This document shows, piece after piece, positions 44,194 through 53,513 of a stretch of DNA of 64,000 nucleotides; position 1 is the stretch's first letter; every line of letters starts with the position of its first letter. The notes beneath the pieces are model-generated. The model made no database searches and was not told the DNA's origin. It was given only the letters and a program-made list of their open reading frames with translations. Location: positions 864,001 through 928,000 of the forward strand of contig CAWKMU010000003.1 in NCBI GenBank assembly GCA_963850905.1. Direction: 5' to 3'. The stretch comes from an uncultured Gemmatimonadales bacterium. GTDB taxonomy: Bacteria; Gemmatimonadota; Gemmatimonadetes; Gemmatimonadales; Gemmatimonadaceae. The position numbers and the translations under genes were made by a program.

Positions 44194-44817
44194 ATGACAT
44201 CGCGCATCGTGAACGCTCTTGTTGTTGCCGTGTGCACACTCGCTATCGCCAGCCCGGCGCTCGCGCAGGGCATACAACCAGCGCCGCCACCACCCAATGG
44301 GCACATCCTGCCAGGGCAGTGGGCCCTTGATGGGTCCCTCGGATTTTCGGTGCCGGTCGGAGATTTTGGCACAGGCCTCAACACCGGCCTCGATGTGATG
44401 GGAGCGGTCGAATACCGACCGGCTTCGACCGGCAAGATTTACTTCCGCGGCGAGATCGGATACTCGGACTTCGGCTACAGCGGGACGAGTGGCAGCTCGA
44501 GCGTGTGGCGATTCGCGGCCAACGGCCTGTACGACTTCGACACGCACTCGGCGCTACAGGTTTATGGCCTGGCCGGCATCGGCCTCTATCACGTCTCCTC
44601 GACCTTCGACCTCTGCGGCCAGGCGCCGTTTTACTCCTGCTCCGAGTCGAGTACCGGATTCGGCCTCAACTTCGGCGCTGGCATCCGCTATCCCGTCAAT
44701 CCCGTCCAGCTCTTCTTCGAGCTGCGCTATCAGATCGCACTGAGCGCTCCGTTCGGCCTAGGCGACGCGCCGTTTTTCCCCTTCCAGTTCGGCGTGCGGT
44801 ATTTGTTGCCCAGGTAG
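44194..44817 (+). CDS. Small outer-membrane beta-barrel protein
   Basis: Signal peptide; GFGLNFGAG, FFELRY, FGVRY; similar architecture to 39828..40418. Confidence 0.75.
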   Translation: MTSRIVNALVVAVCTLAIASPALAQGIQPAPPPPNGHILPGQWALDGSLGFSVPVGDFGTGLNTGLDVMGAVEYRPASTGKIYFRGEIGYSDFGYSGTSGSSSVWRFAANGLYDFDTHSALQVYGLAGIGLYHVSSTFDLCGQAPFYSCSESSTGFGLNFGAGIRYPVNPVQLFFELRYQIALSAPFGLGDAPFFPFQFGVRYLLPR

Positions 44818-44884
44818 GCAAACCTGCGGGGCCAGAGATCAGGGGTCGGGGGTCGGGAACGACGACGACCTTCCAACAACGACC

Positions 44885-45022
44885 GGGCGGGCTGAAGCCC
44901 GCCCCTACATGTTGCTGCGGACGCCCGCGACAACAATTCGTCGACGCGCGAAGGGAAACATTGGTCGAGCACTCCCGAATCCGACTATGCACCGACATGT
45001 AGGGGCGGCCTTCAGGCCGCCC
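44885..45022. repeat. Inverted class A REP doublet (REPIN-like)
   Basis: GGGCGGGCTGAAGCCCGCCCCTAC (44885-44908) and GTAGGGGCGGCCTTCAGGCCGCCC (44999-45022). Confidence 0.9.
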
Positions 45023-45079
45023 ACCGTCGGACCCGGTCGTGCGCCGTTGTCGTTCTCTGGCCCCAGGCCTCTGTAGTTG

Positions 45080-45682
45080 ATGCCGCACCTCGTTCTCCTC
45101 GGCGACTCCGTCTTCGACAACGCGAGCTACGTGGTTGCCGGACGTGCCGCCATCCACGCGTTCGAGGCGCATGCTCCGCCAGGCTGGCGCGTCTCGCTGC
45201 TGGCACAGGATGGCAGTACGATCGACGAGATCGGTCGACAGCTGATGCATCTCCCGAGCGATACGACCCACCTTGCGCTGTCCGCCGGTGGCAATGACGC
45301 GCTCCGGGATGCTGGGATCCTCACGGAGCGGGCCGGGACGGTCGCGGAAGCGCTCTGGAAGGTGGCGCACGTCGCCTCGCGATTCGAGCGCCGGTACGTC
45401 GACATGCTGCGCAAAGTCCGCGCGCGCAAGATGCACGCTGTGGTGTGTACGATCTACAACGGCAACTTCGGCGACACACACTTGCAGCAAATCGCTTCGA
45501 CCGCGCTGTGCGTGTTCAATGACGCCATCATTCGCGCCGCCGGGGCCGCGTCCATGCCCATCGTGGAGTTGCGAACGGTCTGCGACGAGCCGGAAGACTA
45601 CGCGAACGAGATCGAGCCGTCCGGCCGTGGGGGAGAGAAGATTGCCAGGGCAGTGCTACAGGCGCTAGACGCTGGACGCTAG
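45080..45682 (+). CDS. SGNH/GDSL hydrolase
   Basis: LLGDSVFDN, SAGGND, DYAN.IEPS. Confidence 0.88.
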   Translation: MPHLVLLGDSVFDNASYVVAGRAAIHAFEAHAPPGWRVSLLAQDGSTIDEIGRQLMHLPSDTTHLALSAGGNDALRDAGILTERAGTVAEALWKVAHVASRFERRYVDMLRKVRARKMHAVVCTIYNGNFGDTHLQQIASTALCVFNDAIIRAAGAASMPIVELRTVCDEPEDYANEIEPSGRGGEKIARAVLQALDAGR

Positions 45683-45773
45683 ACGCTGGAGAAGAAACCT
45701 CGGGGGCGACCTAGATGCGCTGCGGCTGGCCCATGAGGTTTGTTTTTATAGCGTCCAGCGTCTAACGTCCAAC
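45664..45773. repeat. Palindromic intergenic element, GACGCTR type, between convergent genes
   Basis: (GCTRGAC)n AAACCTCGGGGG...CTGGCCCATGAGGTTTGT (GCGTCYA)n. Confidence 0.88.
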
Positions 45774-46520
45774 ATCCCTCCCCACTCTCGCCGTCACCGC
45801 CCACCGCAGCTCGTGACGGGTCCCGCGATCTCCCCACAGGGGCGCCAGGCTCTCCAGGAACGGCGACACGGGATCGGCGCCGTGGCGCTTGAGATACGCG
45901 GCGCACGATGACCAGGAGCGGAGGTATTGCGCGAGCTCATCGAGCGTCCATAGGCGGACGATATCGATCGGCGGAGCCGGCGTCTCCACAAAGGGAAACG
46001 GGAGCTGCCGCATCGCGGCGCCCACGAGTCCGCGGCCGGCGGGCCAGTACGGGCCGAGCGTGACCAGATTGAAGTGCTGGAGTGCGGCATCGACTGCCCT
46101 GTCATCCGGTATCACCGGGTCGCCATAGCTCCAGACTGCGAGCACACCACGGGGCACGAGCACCCGCTTCGCTTCTGCGTAGAAGCGTTCGCGGTCGAAC
46201 CAGTGCAGCGCCTGCGCGACCGTGACCAGATCGACTGTTGCGCCCGGGAGACCACTGGCTTCGGCCGTCGCCACTCGGTACTCGATTCGCGGATGCGCGC
46301 GCGCATGCGCGAGTTGCTCCGCGCTCGCGTCGGTTGCGATGACCCGCTCGAAGAAGGCCGCCAGCGCCAGCGCCGCTTGCCCGTTGCCGGTAGCGCAGTC
46401 CCATGCGAGCCTGCGTCGCTCAACGATCGACGCGAGGAAGTCGAACAGGGCGGGCGGATAGTCGGGACGGATGGCCGCGTACGTCGCGGCCTGCGCGGAG
46501 AAAAGATCCTGAAACCCCAT
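45762..46520 (-). CDS. Class I SAM-dependent methyltransferase
   Basis: RPDYP, AWDCATGNGQ, VAQALHWF. Confidence 0.92.
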   Translation of the reverse strand: MGFQDLFSAQAATYAAIRPDYPPALFDFLASIVERRRLAWDCATGNGQAALALAAFFERVIATDASAEQLAHARAHPRIEYRVATAEASGLPGATVDLVTVAQALHWFDRERFYAEAKRVLVPRGVLAVWSYGDPVIPDDRAVDAALQHFNLVTLGPYWPAGRGLVGAAMRQLPFPFVETPAPPIDIVRLWTLDELAQYLRSWSSCAAYLKRHGADPVSPFLESLAPLWGDRGTRHELRWAVTARVGRDVGR

Positions 46521-46591
46521 CGCGTCGATCTCAACGCTCGGCGAACGGACCGTTCATGGTCAGATCGCCGTCGACCGATGCGGGCCGATCG

Positions 46592-46876
46592 CTACCGAAA
46601 TTTCGGGAAGGCACCTGTCGGTGAATACGTCAGGTCGCGCGTTGCCTCTTCGAACACGCGGAGTCGGAGCATGAGCAGCTCGCACAGCTCCTGGGCATCG
46701 TCCGACAACTCGCGATCGTGATCCTCGCGCACGCGGTCCACCACGGACTCGGCCAGGAAACACAAGTGTCGAAGTGCGTCCGCAGGAACGACAGACCCCG
46801 GAGTTCGACGTCCTGGCAGTCGCACGACCGCCATGTTGCGGTCCTGGTTGAAGACCTCGAGCTCGACCCGCTCCAT
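46592..46876 (-). CDS. Small hypothetical protein (DUF6959-like)
   Basis: N.AVVRLPGR..PG.VV..D.L; GGAGG RBS. Confidence 0.65.
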   Translation of the reverse strand: MERVELEVFNQDRNMAVVRLPGRRTPGSVVPADALRHLCFLAESVVDRVREDHDRELSDDAQELCELLMLRLRVFEEATRDLTYSPTGAFPKFR

Positions 46877-46915
46877 GGTTTGGCCCTCCTACGGCGAGGC
46901 TAGGAAAGGTAACGA

Positions 46916-47070
46916 GGACCAGGGCTCAGGGATCAGGGACCAGACATCAGGGGTCAGGGGTCAGGGGTGAGGGGTCAGGGACCTACAACAAACACCGAGG
47001 GCCAGCCGCTTTACACCGCGACCGGCCCTGAGTGTTTGTTCCGGACCCCTGATCCCCGATCCCTGATCCC
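46916..47070. repeat. Palindromic intergenic element, GGGGTCA type
   Basis: (CAGGGGT)n ACAAACACCGAGGGCCAG...CCGGCCCTGAGTGTTTGT (CCCTGAT)n. Confidence 0.9.
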
Positions 47071-47079
47071 GCCCTCCAG

Positions 47080-47676
47080 TTACTTGTGCTTATCCCGATA
47101 GATCGCGTGGCTCGTCTTGTTCTGCTCGTGGTTGATCTGGCCCTTCTCCACGCCGGTCAACTTGCCACCGTTAGCGGACCGATCCGCATGGATCTGCTGG
47201 TTGATGTGCTGCTCATGTCCTTCGAGATGGGCGGCTTGGCCAGCTGACAGCTTCCCGCTGCGAATGCCGTTCGCGATTCGGTTCTGCTGATTCAGGCGAC
47301 GTTGCCCAACCTCGTTGTTGCCATAGTGCGCGGTCGCTGCATTGTGCTTATCCGTGTAGATCTCTTTGCTCAAATGGTTCTGCTCGCCATTGAGTTGCGA
47401 GCGGTCGGCCGCCGTGAGGTGGCCATCATCCGCGGCTCGGTCGGCGCGTGCCTGCGAGTTGACCGTGGCCTCCTGGCCCTCGAGGGACTTCGTCTCGCCG
47501 GCCGTCAACTGTCCGCTCTGGACGCCGTTCGCGATGCGATCCTGTTGGTTCTGCTCGCGGTCCTGGTAGGTCCCCGGAGGCGGGGCCTGCGGATCCTGGG
47601 CTGCGCCGCTCGATGGCAGAAAGACGAGACCGACGGTGGCGGCGATCGAGGCCGCGTAGAAGGCTTTCCCAAGCAT
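47080..47676 (-). CDS. Secreted helical-repeat hypothetical protein
   Basis: Signal peptide; repeats of NQQ.RIANG..SG.L.AG....LE. Confidence 0.8.
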   Translation of the reverse strand: MLGKAFYAASIAATVGLVFLPSSGAAQDPQAPPPGTYQDREQNQQDRIANGVQSGQLTAGETKSLEGQEATVNSQARADRAADDGHLTAADRSQLNGEQNHLSKEIYTDKHNAATAHYGNNEVGQRRLNQQNRIANGIRSGKLSAGQAAHLEGHEQHINQQIHADRSANGGKLTGVEKGQINHEQNKTSHAIYRDKHK

Positions 47677-47780
47677 GGTACCCCCCGAAGCGATGGACGC
47701 TCAAGACCTCTTCGGTAAGGTGGACGACAGAGCGAGCTGAGCGTTAACGGCGAGACCGAAGAAAGGCCGAATGAGATTCG

Positions 47781-47840
47781 GAGAAACACTGAGGGGCCAG
47801 TGTCGGATCACCGCCGCTGGCCCTCAGTGAGGTTGGTTCC
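47781..47840. repeat. Core-only copy of the palindromic element (no heptamer arms)
   Basis: AAACACTGAGGGGCCAG...CTGGCCCTCAGTGAGGTT. Confidence 0.7.
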
Positions 47841-47861
47841 CGAGTCGTAAATCCCCCGCTC

Positions 47862-48488
47862 TTACCCCTTCGGCGCGCCAGGTCCCCGATTGCCGCCCGG
47901 TGGGGCCATGCGCCACATCATGTTGCGGTGCGCGGCACGATCGAAGTTGCCAGCCGTGTTGAGCTGGTCCGCCGTCAGCACGGCGTTGGCGGCAGCGGTT
48001 GCCCGCCACGTGTTCTCGCGCATGGTCTGCATGATGCCCATGACGGAGTCGCGCTGAGCCGCCGATGGCCGCATCGGAGCGCCGCCCGCGCCAGCCTCGC
48101 CCTGCGCACGCGACCCGTTGCGACGCATGCCGGCGCGCATCGCCATCAGGCGCTCGGCGAGTGGCTTGTTATCAGCGTGCAGCTTGTTGTCGATCGCGAT
48201 GATGTTGTTGACCTGGGCGACGCTCAAGTGCAACGCGGTCTGATGCTCGAGCAATCTGCCGACCGGATCGTGCATCCGGTGCATTCCGCGTCGGTGCATA
48301 CGCATGTTGCGCATGCCCCGTCCACGCATCCCAGGGCCGCCTCGTCCGTCGAATTGCCCGCCCCGACCTCCCCCGCCCCATCGACCCGGGGCGTTCGCAC
48401 CAGGCCCGCCGCCATCCTGGGCCAGCGCTACGCCCGCTGAGAGAGTGACAGCCATACAGAGAACCAGCATTGCGCGAATCGCTTTCAT
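47862..48488 (-). CDS. Secreted Spy/CpxP-like protein
   Basis: Signal peptide; G/M/R-rich region, L.LSVAQ and VLTADQ (LTxxQ-like) motifs. Confidence 0.7.
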   Translation of the reverse strand: MKAIRAMLVLCMAVTLSAGVALAQDGGGPGANAPGRWGGGGRGGQFDGRGGPGMRGRGMRNMRMHRRGMHRMHDPVGRLLEHQTALHLSVAQVNNIIAIDNKLHADNKPLAERLMAMRAGMRRNGSRAQGEAGAGGAPMRPSAAQRDSVMGIMQTMRENTWRATAAANAVLTADQLNTAGNFDRAAHRNMMWRMAPPGGNRGPGAPKG

Positions 48489-48632
48489 ACACGTACCCCA
48501 CCGGTGATGTCGGGTCGGCTGAAGGCCGCCCGTTGTCGTGAGCCGCAGCCGGGCACTGCGCCCGGCCGCGGATGATTGACGCACTCCTGTCTTCTGCCAG
48601 TACTACTACACGACTGGTTCCGGCGTTTGGTG

Positions 48633-49295
48633 CTATTGCTTTCGAGCCATCAACACGCCGTCCCCGACCGTCAGCAGCACCGACTCCACCCGGGGATCGT
48701 CACGAACCTTCTGATTGATAGCGCGGATCGCATCGGTATCCGCTTCGTGCGCCGACGGATCGACAACCGCGCCATTCTGCAGGGCATTGTCGAGGAGAAT
48801 GAGGCCACCGACGCGAACGAGCGTCAGACAACTCTCATAATACGCGTCGTACGTTGTCTTGTCGGCGTCGATGAAGGCGAAGTCGAACGACCCGCTGGCC
48901 CCGTCCCGAGTGAGCGCCGCGAGTGTGTCGCGGGCCGGCCCGAGCCGCAGCTCGATGCGGTCCGCGACGCCCGCTTTGGCCCAGTACCGGCGAGCGATAC
49001 TCGTCCACTCTTCGCTCACGTCACATGCGATGAGGCGCCCGTCCGGCGGGAGCGCCGCGGCGACCACGAGGGCGCTGTAGCCGGTGAACGTGCCGATCTC
49101 GAGGCACCGCCGAGCGCCGATCAAATGCACGAGCAGCGCCATGAACGCGCCCTGGTCCGCGCCGATCTGCATCCCGCCGCGCGGCAACTTGGATGTTTCG
49201 GCCCGCAGTGCACGCATTACCGGCGATTCGTGCACCATGTCGACGGCGGTATACCGTTCGATGTCGTCCGGGAGCAGCGAGCGTTTCTGCGTCAT
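48633..49295 (-). CDS. O-methyltransferase (caffeoyl-CoA OMT family)
   Basis: LEIGTFTGYS, FDFAFIDADK, DN.L..G. Confidence 0.93.
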   Translation of the reverse strand: MTQKRSLLPDDIERYTAVDMVHESPVMRALRAETSKLPRGGMQIGADQGAFMALLVHLIGARRCLEIGTFTGYSALVVAAALPPDGRLIACDVSEEWTSIARRYWAKAGVADRIELRLGPARDTLAALTRDGASGSFDFAFIDADKTTYDAYYESCLTLVRVGGLILLDNALQNGAVVDPSAHEADTDAIRAINQKVRDDPRVESVLLTVGDGVLMARKQ

Positions 49296-49333
49296 GCTTC
49301 CATCTCCCCTTGGCGTTTCTCAGATTATCGCGC

Positions 49334-51073
49334 ATGAAACCTACCACTCATCGGCTGCATTCTGTCTTCACTCGCGCCGCGAGCCACGGCGCCTTCGTTG
49401 TCGGTCTCCTCGTCGCGCTGGCGTCCGCGCGCGCGTCGGCACAGGCCAATCAACGATCGACCGGCCTGCGATTCGCCGTAACCGTGCCGGCATCCCTCGA
49501 GGCAAACCCTGTCGACGGACGACTGCTGCTCATCATCGCGCGCACGAACGATCAGGAACCGCGATTCCAGGTCGGGCGCGGGCTGACATCAGAGCCCATG
49601 TTCGGCGTCGACGTCGAGGCGCTTCGGCCCGGTCAGGCGGCGGTCATCGACGCGACGACGCGAGGGTGGCCGGTCGAGAGCGTGCGCGAGATCCCCCCGG
49701 GTACGTATTGGGTGCAGGCCGTGCTCAACGTGTACACCACGTTCCACCGCGCCGATGGCCATGTCATCAAGGCCCATATGGATCAATGGGAAGGCCAGCA
49801 CTGGAACCGGTCGCCCGGCAATCTCATGAGCACACCGCAGCAGGTGACGATCGGCCGGTCAACCGGCACCGTTCGCATCGCGCTGAGTCAGCACATGCCG
49901 CCCATCGTGCCGCCGGAGGACACGAAGTACATCAAGCATATCAAGTTCCGCTCCGACAAGCTGAGCGCGTGGTGGGGACATGATATCTACCTGGGTGCGT
50001 ACGTGCTGCTGCCGGCGGGCTACGATGAGCACCCGGGCGCGCACTACCCGGTTGCCTACTACCAGGATCACTTCCAGCCGACGTTCTCACAGTGGCGGGA
50101 GAATCCTCCGGATCCGTCGGCGACCGGTCGTCTGCGAGCGCGGCAGGAGCAGGCGTACCGGTTTACACAGGATTGGACGAGCGGGAAGCTGCCCAAGTTC
50201 TTGATCGTTGGCTTCCAGCATCCCACGCCGTACTACGACGACTCGTACGCAGTCAATTCGGCGAACAATGGACCGTACGGCGATGCGTTGTGGGGCGAGC
50301 TCGTGCCCCGGGTCGAGAAGCAATTCCGCGCGATTGGACAGCCGTGGGCGCGCGTCACCTTCGGCGGCTCAACTGGCGGATGGGAATCAATTGCCTGGCA
50401 GATCCTGTACCCCGACTCGCTCAACGGCACTTGGACCGCGTGCCCCGACCCGGTCGACTTTCATTACTTCCAGCTCGTGAACATCTACGACGACTCCAAT
50501 GCATTCCGGCCGAACGCCTCGTGGAAGCGCACCGATGTGCGCGGGTGGGAGCGAACGCCTGACAATCAGAGCATCATGAACCAGATGGACGCCAGCCATC
50601 TGGAAGCTGTCTACGGGTCGCGCGGGCGCTCAGGCGATCAGATGGACATCTTCATGGATGTGTTCGGCCCGATGGGCGACGACGGATATCCGCGGCTTTT
50701 GTACGACAAATGGACCGGCCGAATCGACAAAGGCGTCATCGACTACTGGCGCGATCACTTCGACCTCAATCACATCCTGCAGCGCGATTGGTCGACGCTC
50801 GGCCCGAAGCTGCAAGGCAAGCTGCACTTCTATGTCGGCGACGAGGACAGTTACTACCTCGAAGAAGCCGCATTCTTGATGAAGGATTTCCTCGATCAGT
50901 CCACCAACCCGCACTCCGACGCAACCTGGGACATCGGGCGCCGCCAGCCACACTGCTACACCGGCGCGTCGTCCAGCCCCGGCGAGACCTTCTATCATCG
51001 TGTACTCCCCGGGATGTCCGCGCGCGTGCAATCCACCGCGCCCCAGGGCGCGGACATGAGTTGGAAGTACTGA
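49334..51073 (+). CDS. Secreted esterase-family alpha/beta hydrolase
   Basis: VLLPAGY, NSANNGPYGDA, GGSTGGW, PDPVDF. Confidence 0.85.
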   Translation: MKPTTHRLHSVFTRAASHGAFVVGLLVALASARASAQANQRSTGLRFAVTVPASLEANPVDGRLLLIIARTNDQEPRFQVGRGLTSEPMFGVDVEALRPGQAAVIDATTRGWPVESVREIPPGTYWVQAVLNVYTTFHRADGHVIKAHMDQWEGQHWNRSPGNLMSTPQQVTIGRSTGTVRIALSQHMPPIVPPEDTKYIKHIKFRSDKLSAWWGHDIYLGAYVLLPAGYDEHPGAHYPVAYYQDHFQPTFSQWRENPPDPSATGRLRARQEQAYRFTQDWTSGKLPKFLIVGFQHPTPYYDDSYAVNSANNGPYGDALWGELVPRVEKQFRAIGQPWARVTFGGSTGGWESIAWQILYPDSLNGTWTACPDPVDFHYFQLVNIYDDSNAFRPNASWKRTDVRGWERTPDNQSIMNQMDASHLEAVYGSRGRSGDQMDIFMDVFGPMGDDGYPRLLYDKWTGRIDKGVIDYWRDHFDLNHILQRDWSTLGPKLQGKLHFYVGDEDSYYLEEAAFLMKDFLDQSTNPHSDATWDIGRRQPHCYTGASSSPGETFYHRVLPGMSARVQSTAPQGADMSWKY

Positions 51074-51085
51074 AGGGCGAACGGC

Positions 51086-51193
51086 GGGGTCAGGAATCAG
51101 GGGTCAGGGGTCAGTGAACAAACCGAGAGACCGGTCACGGTGCACCGGAACTGGCCCTCTATGTTTGTTCCCCGGCCCCTGGCCCCTGACCCC
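51086..51193. repeat. Palindromic intergenic element, GGGGTCA type
   Basis: (GGGGTCA)n ACAAAC..GTGCAC..CTGGCCCTC..GTTTGT (CCCCTGR)n. Confidence 0.88.
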
Positions 51194-51210
51194 GCAGTTC
51201 TAGCCTTCCC

Positions 51211-51588
51211 CTACTTTTTTTGCGAGCCGGGCCCGCCACTGCGTCCGCGATCTTGATCGCTGATATCCTCGTCATCGAGGTCGGGATCGCGGTCCTGCAT
51301 CGAACCCGATCCGCCTTGCGTTCCGCCGCGAGAACCAGCTTGCGATCCGCCGCCCGTTCCACTCATCCCGCCGCTCGACCCACCGGAGCGTCCGCCGCCA
51401 CCGCCAGGCGCCCCACTGCCACCTGAGGATCCACCACTCGACCCACCGGACCCACTCGACCCGCCAGCGCCACCGCTGCGTCCCGGTGTGCCGCCCTGCT
51501 GCCCTGGCTTGGATGCGCCCATTCGGTTCTGTTCGTCCTCGCGCTCACCTTTCCCGCCGGAACCTTGTCCGCTGCGATTGTCAGCCAT
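51211..51588 (-). CDS. Gly/Ser-rich low-complexity hypothetical protein
   Basis: Strong GGAGGGAG RBS; hydrophilic, probably disordered. Confidence 0.6.
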   Translation of the reverse strand: MADNRSGQGSGGKGEREDEQNRMGASKPGQQGGTPGRSGGAGGSSGSGGSSGGSSGGSGAPGGGGGRSGGSSGGMSGTGGGSQAGSRGGTQGGSGSMQDRDPDLDDEDISDQDRGRSGGPGSQKK

Positions 51589-51808
51589 AACTCCCTCCCT
51601 CTCGTCTGCGTCTCATTGATCACGAGTGCCGATGCTCGCCCAGCCCTGCGCTCGCGAGCTGCGCGCGCTGAGAGGTACGCACGCGGTGTGCCCGCCGCGG
51701 CCGCGAGCGCGCGGATCGATTGCGTTGTTTCGCGTACGGTAGCGTGCACGCGACCATGCACGGTCCAGATCCGTTCGCTTGAGCGACTGTGACGCAGCAC
51801 GGCGGGCC

Positions 51809-53270
51809 TTACTCCCCGAGCACCTCCGATGGATCACGCGCGACCGCAGGGTCGCGTCCAGCCGCTCGGTGGCGGAACGCGAGATACGCGGGCACGCCAC
51901 ACGCGAGCAGGCTGAGCGCGAGCCATGCCACGAGAGGGCTTGTTTGTATCATGTTGATCACGAGCCACGCGCTCGTCACGGCAAACGCGAGCGGCACCCA
52001 CGGGTATCCGAATGTGCGGTAGGGTCGAACCGCATTCGGCATCGTGCGGCGAAGCACAAAGAGTCCCACCGCAGTGAGCACGAAGAAGATGGCGTACGCG
52101 AAGACGGCGAAGTCCGTCAGCTGATCGTAGGTCCCGCTCAGGGCAAGGAAGGCGGCGAAGATGACCACCGCCGCGATTCCGTACACGGGCACGTGTGATC
52201 GGCGGCCAAGCACGCCAAAGATTGCGAAGAACTGCCCGTCGCGAGCCATGGCAAACGACACCCGGGGCGTGTAGAGCATCGAGGCGTTGAGCGTGCCCAA
52301 GGCGGAGATCATGAATATCACGGTCACGGCCTTGCCGGCGTTACCACCGAGAAACGTCGCCACCGCCTTGGTTGCGACTGCGGGTGCCGCTGGATAGGCC
52401 GTCGAGTTGGCCGTGATGATCGCACTCGGGGACAGAGCGTAGAAGTAGGCGGCGTTGACGCCGATGTAGAGCGTCATCACCACGAGCGTCCCGCCGATGA
52501 TCGCCCTGGGCAGATTGCGCTGCGGGTTTTGAATCTCGCCCGCGCTGATGGGCAGGTAGCTCCATCCGGTGTAGGCCCACATGGCGCCAACAACGGCGGC
52601 GCCGAACGCCGCGGGTTTGCTGAGACCGGATGCCACCGCGGGGAGTCGGGGCGCGGTCTCTCGAAAATGAGTCCAGTCGCCGGTCGTCGACATCGTGAAC
52701 ACTCCCACGATGATGAGCGCGACGGCCGATACCTTGATCAGCGCGAGCACGGTTTGCGTCCGACCGCTCGCCTTGACGCCGATGCTGTTGAGGATGGCAA
52801 CGGCCCCGATCACGGACAAGGCGACGAGCTGCCGGACGCCGATGGCCCAGTGGATCGCGTGACCCGTCAGCTGCCGATCGACTGCGAGCCAATCTCCTCC
52901 GAGGTCCACCAACGATCCGGAGAACGTCGCGAACGATGTCGCGACCGCCGCGAGCGTGCTGCCGCCGACGATCACGCGCATCCAGCCGTACTGGAATGCG
53001 ACGGCGCGCCCGTAGGCGGCGCGCAGAAACACGTACTCGCCGCCCGTCTCGGGCAGCATGGCGCCGAGCTCCGCGTAGGTGAGCGCGCCGGTCAGCGACA
53101 GGAGCCCAGCGACGATCCACGCGGCCAACACCAGCGTCGGCGTACCGACCAGCTGTGTGATGATCGCGCCTTTGAGAAACACGCCGGTGCCGATGACGAC
53201 CCCGACCACCAGCCCCGTCGCGTCGACGGCGCTGAGACCGCGGACCAGCTGGGAGGAACGGGTGACGGGA
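51809..53270 (-). CDS. APC family amino acid permease (start codon unresolved)
   Basis: LVRGLSAVDATGLVVGVVIGTGVF, YAELGAMLPETGGEY, GEIQNPQRNLP, RPYRT.GYP. Confidence 0.9.
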
Positions 53271-53279
53271 GGGGTAGGC

Positions 53280-53513
53280 GTTGGACGGTAGACGTTGACG
53301 TTAGACGCTGGACGTTAGACGCTGGACGCTGGACGAGCAAATTCCGAGGGCCACTTGCGGTGCACCGAGTCTCGTGCTCGAGTTTTTCGCCAGCGTCCAG
53401 CGTCCAGCGTCCAGCGTCCAGCGTCCAGCGTCCAGCGTCCAGCGTCCAGCGTCCAGCGTCCAGCGTCCAGCGTCCAGCGTCCAGCGTCCAGCGTCCAGCG
53501 TCTAACGTCTAGC
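53280..53513. repeat. Palindromic intergenic element, GACGCTR type, with expanded right arm
   Basis: About 8 left 7-mers, degenerate core with GTGCAC, then (CAGCGTC)x16 at 53391-53502. Confidence 0.95.

Noticed and set aside
48512..48531. Additional class A REP (GGGTCGGCTGAAGGCCGCCC)
   Set aside because: Lacks the CTAC/GTAG end and has a broken stem; at most a relic.
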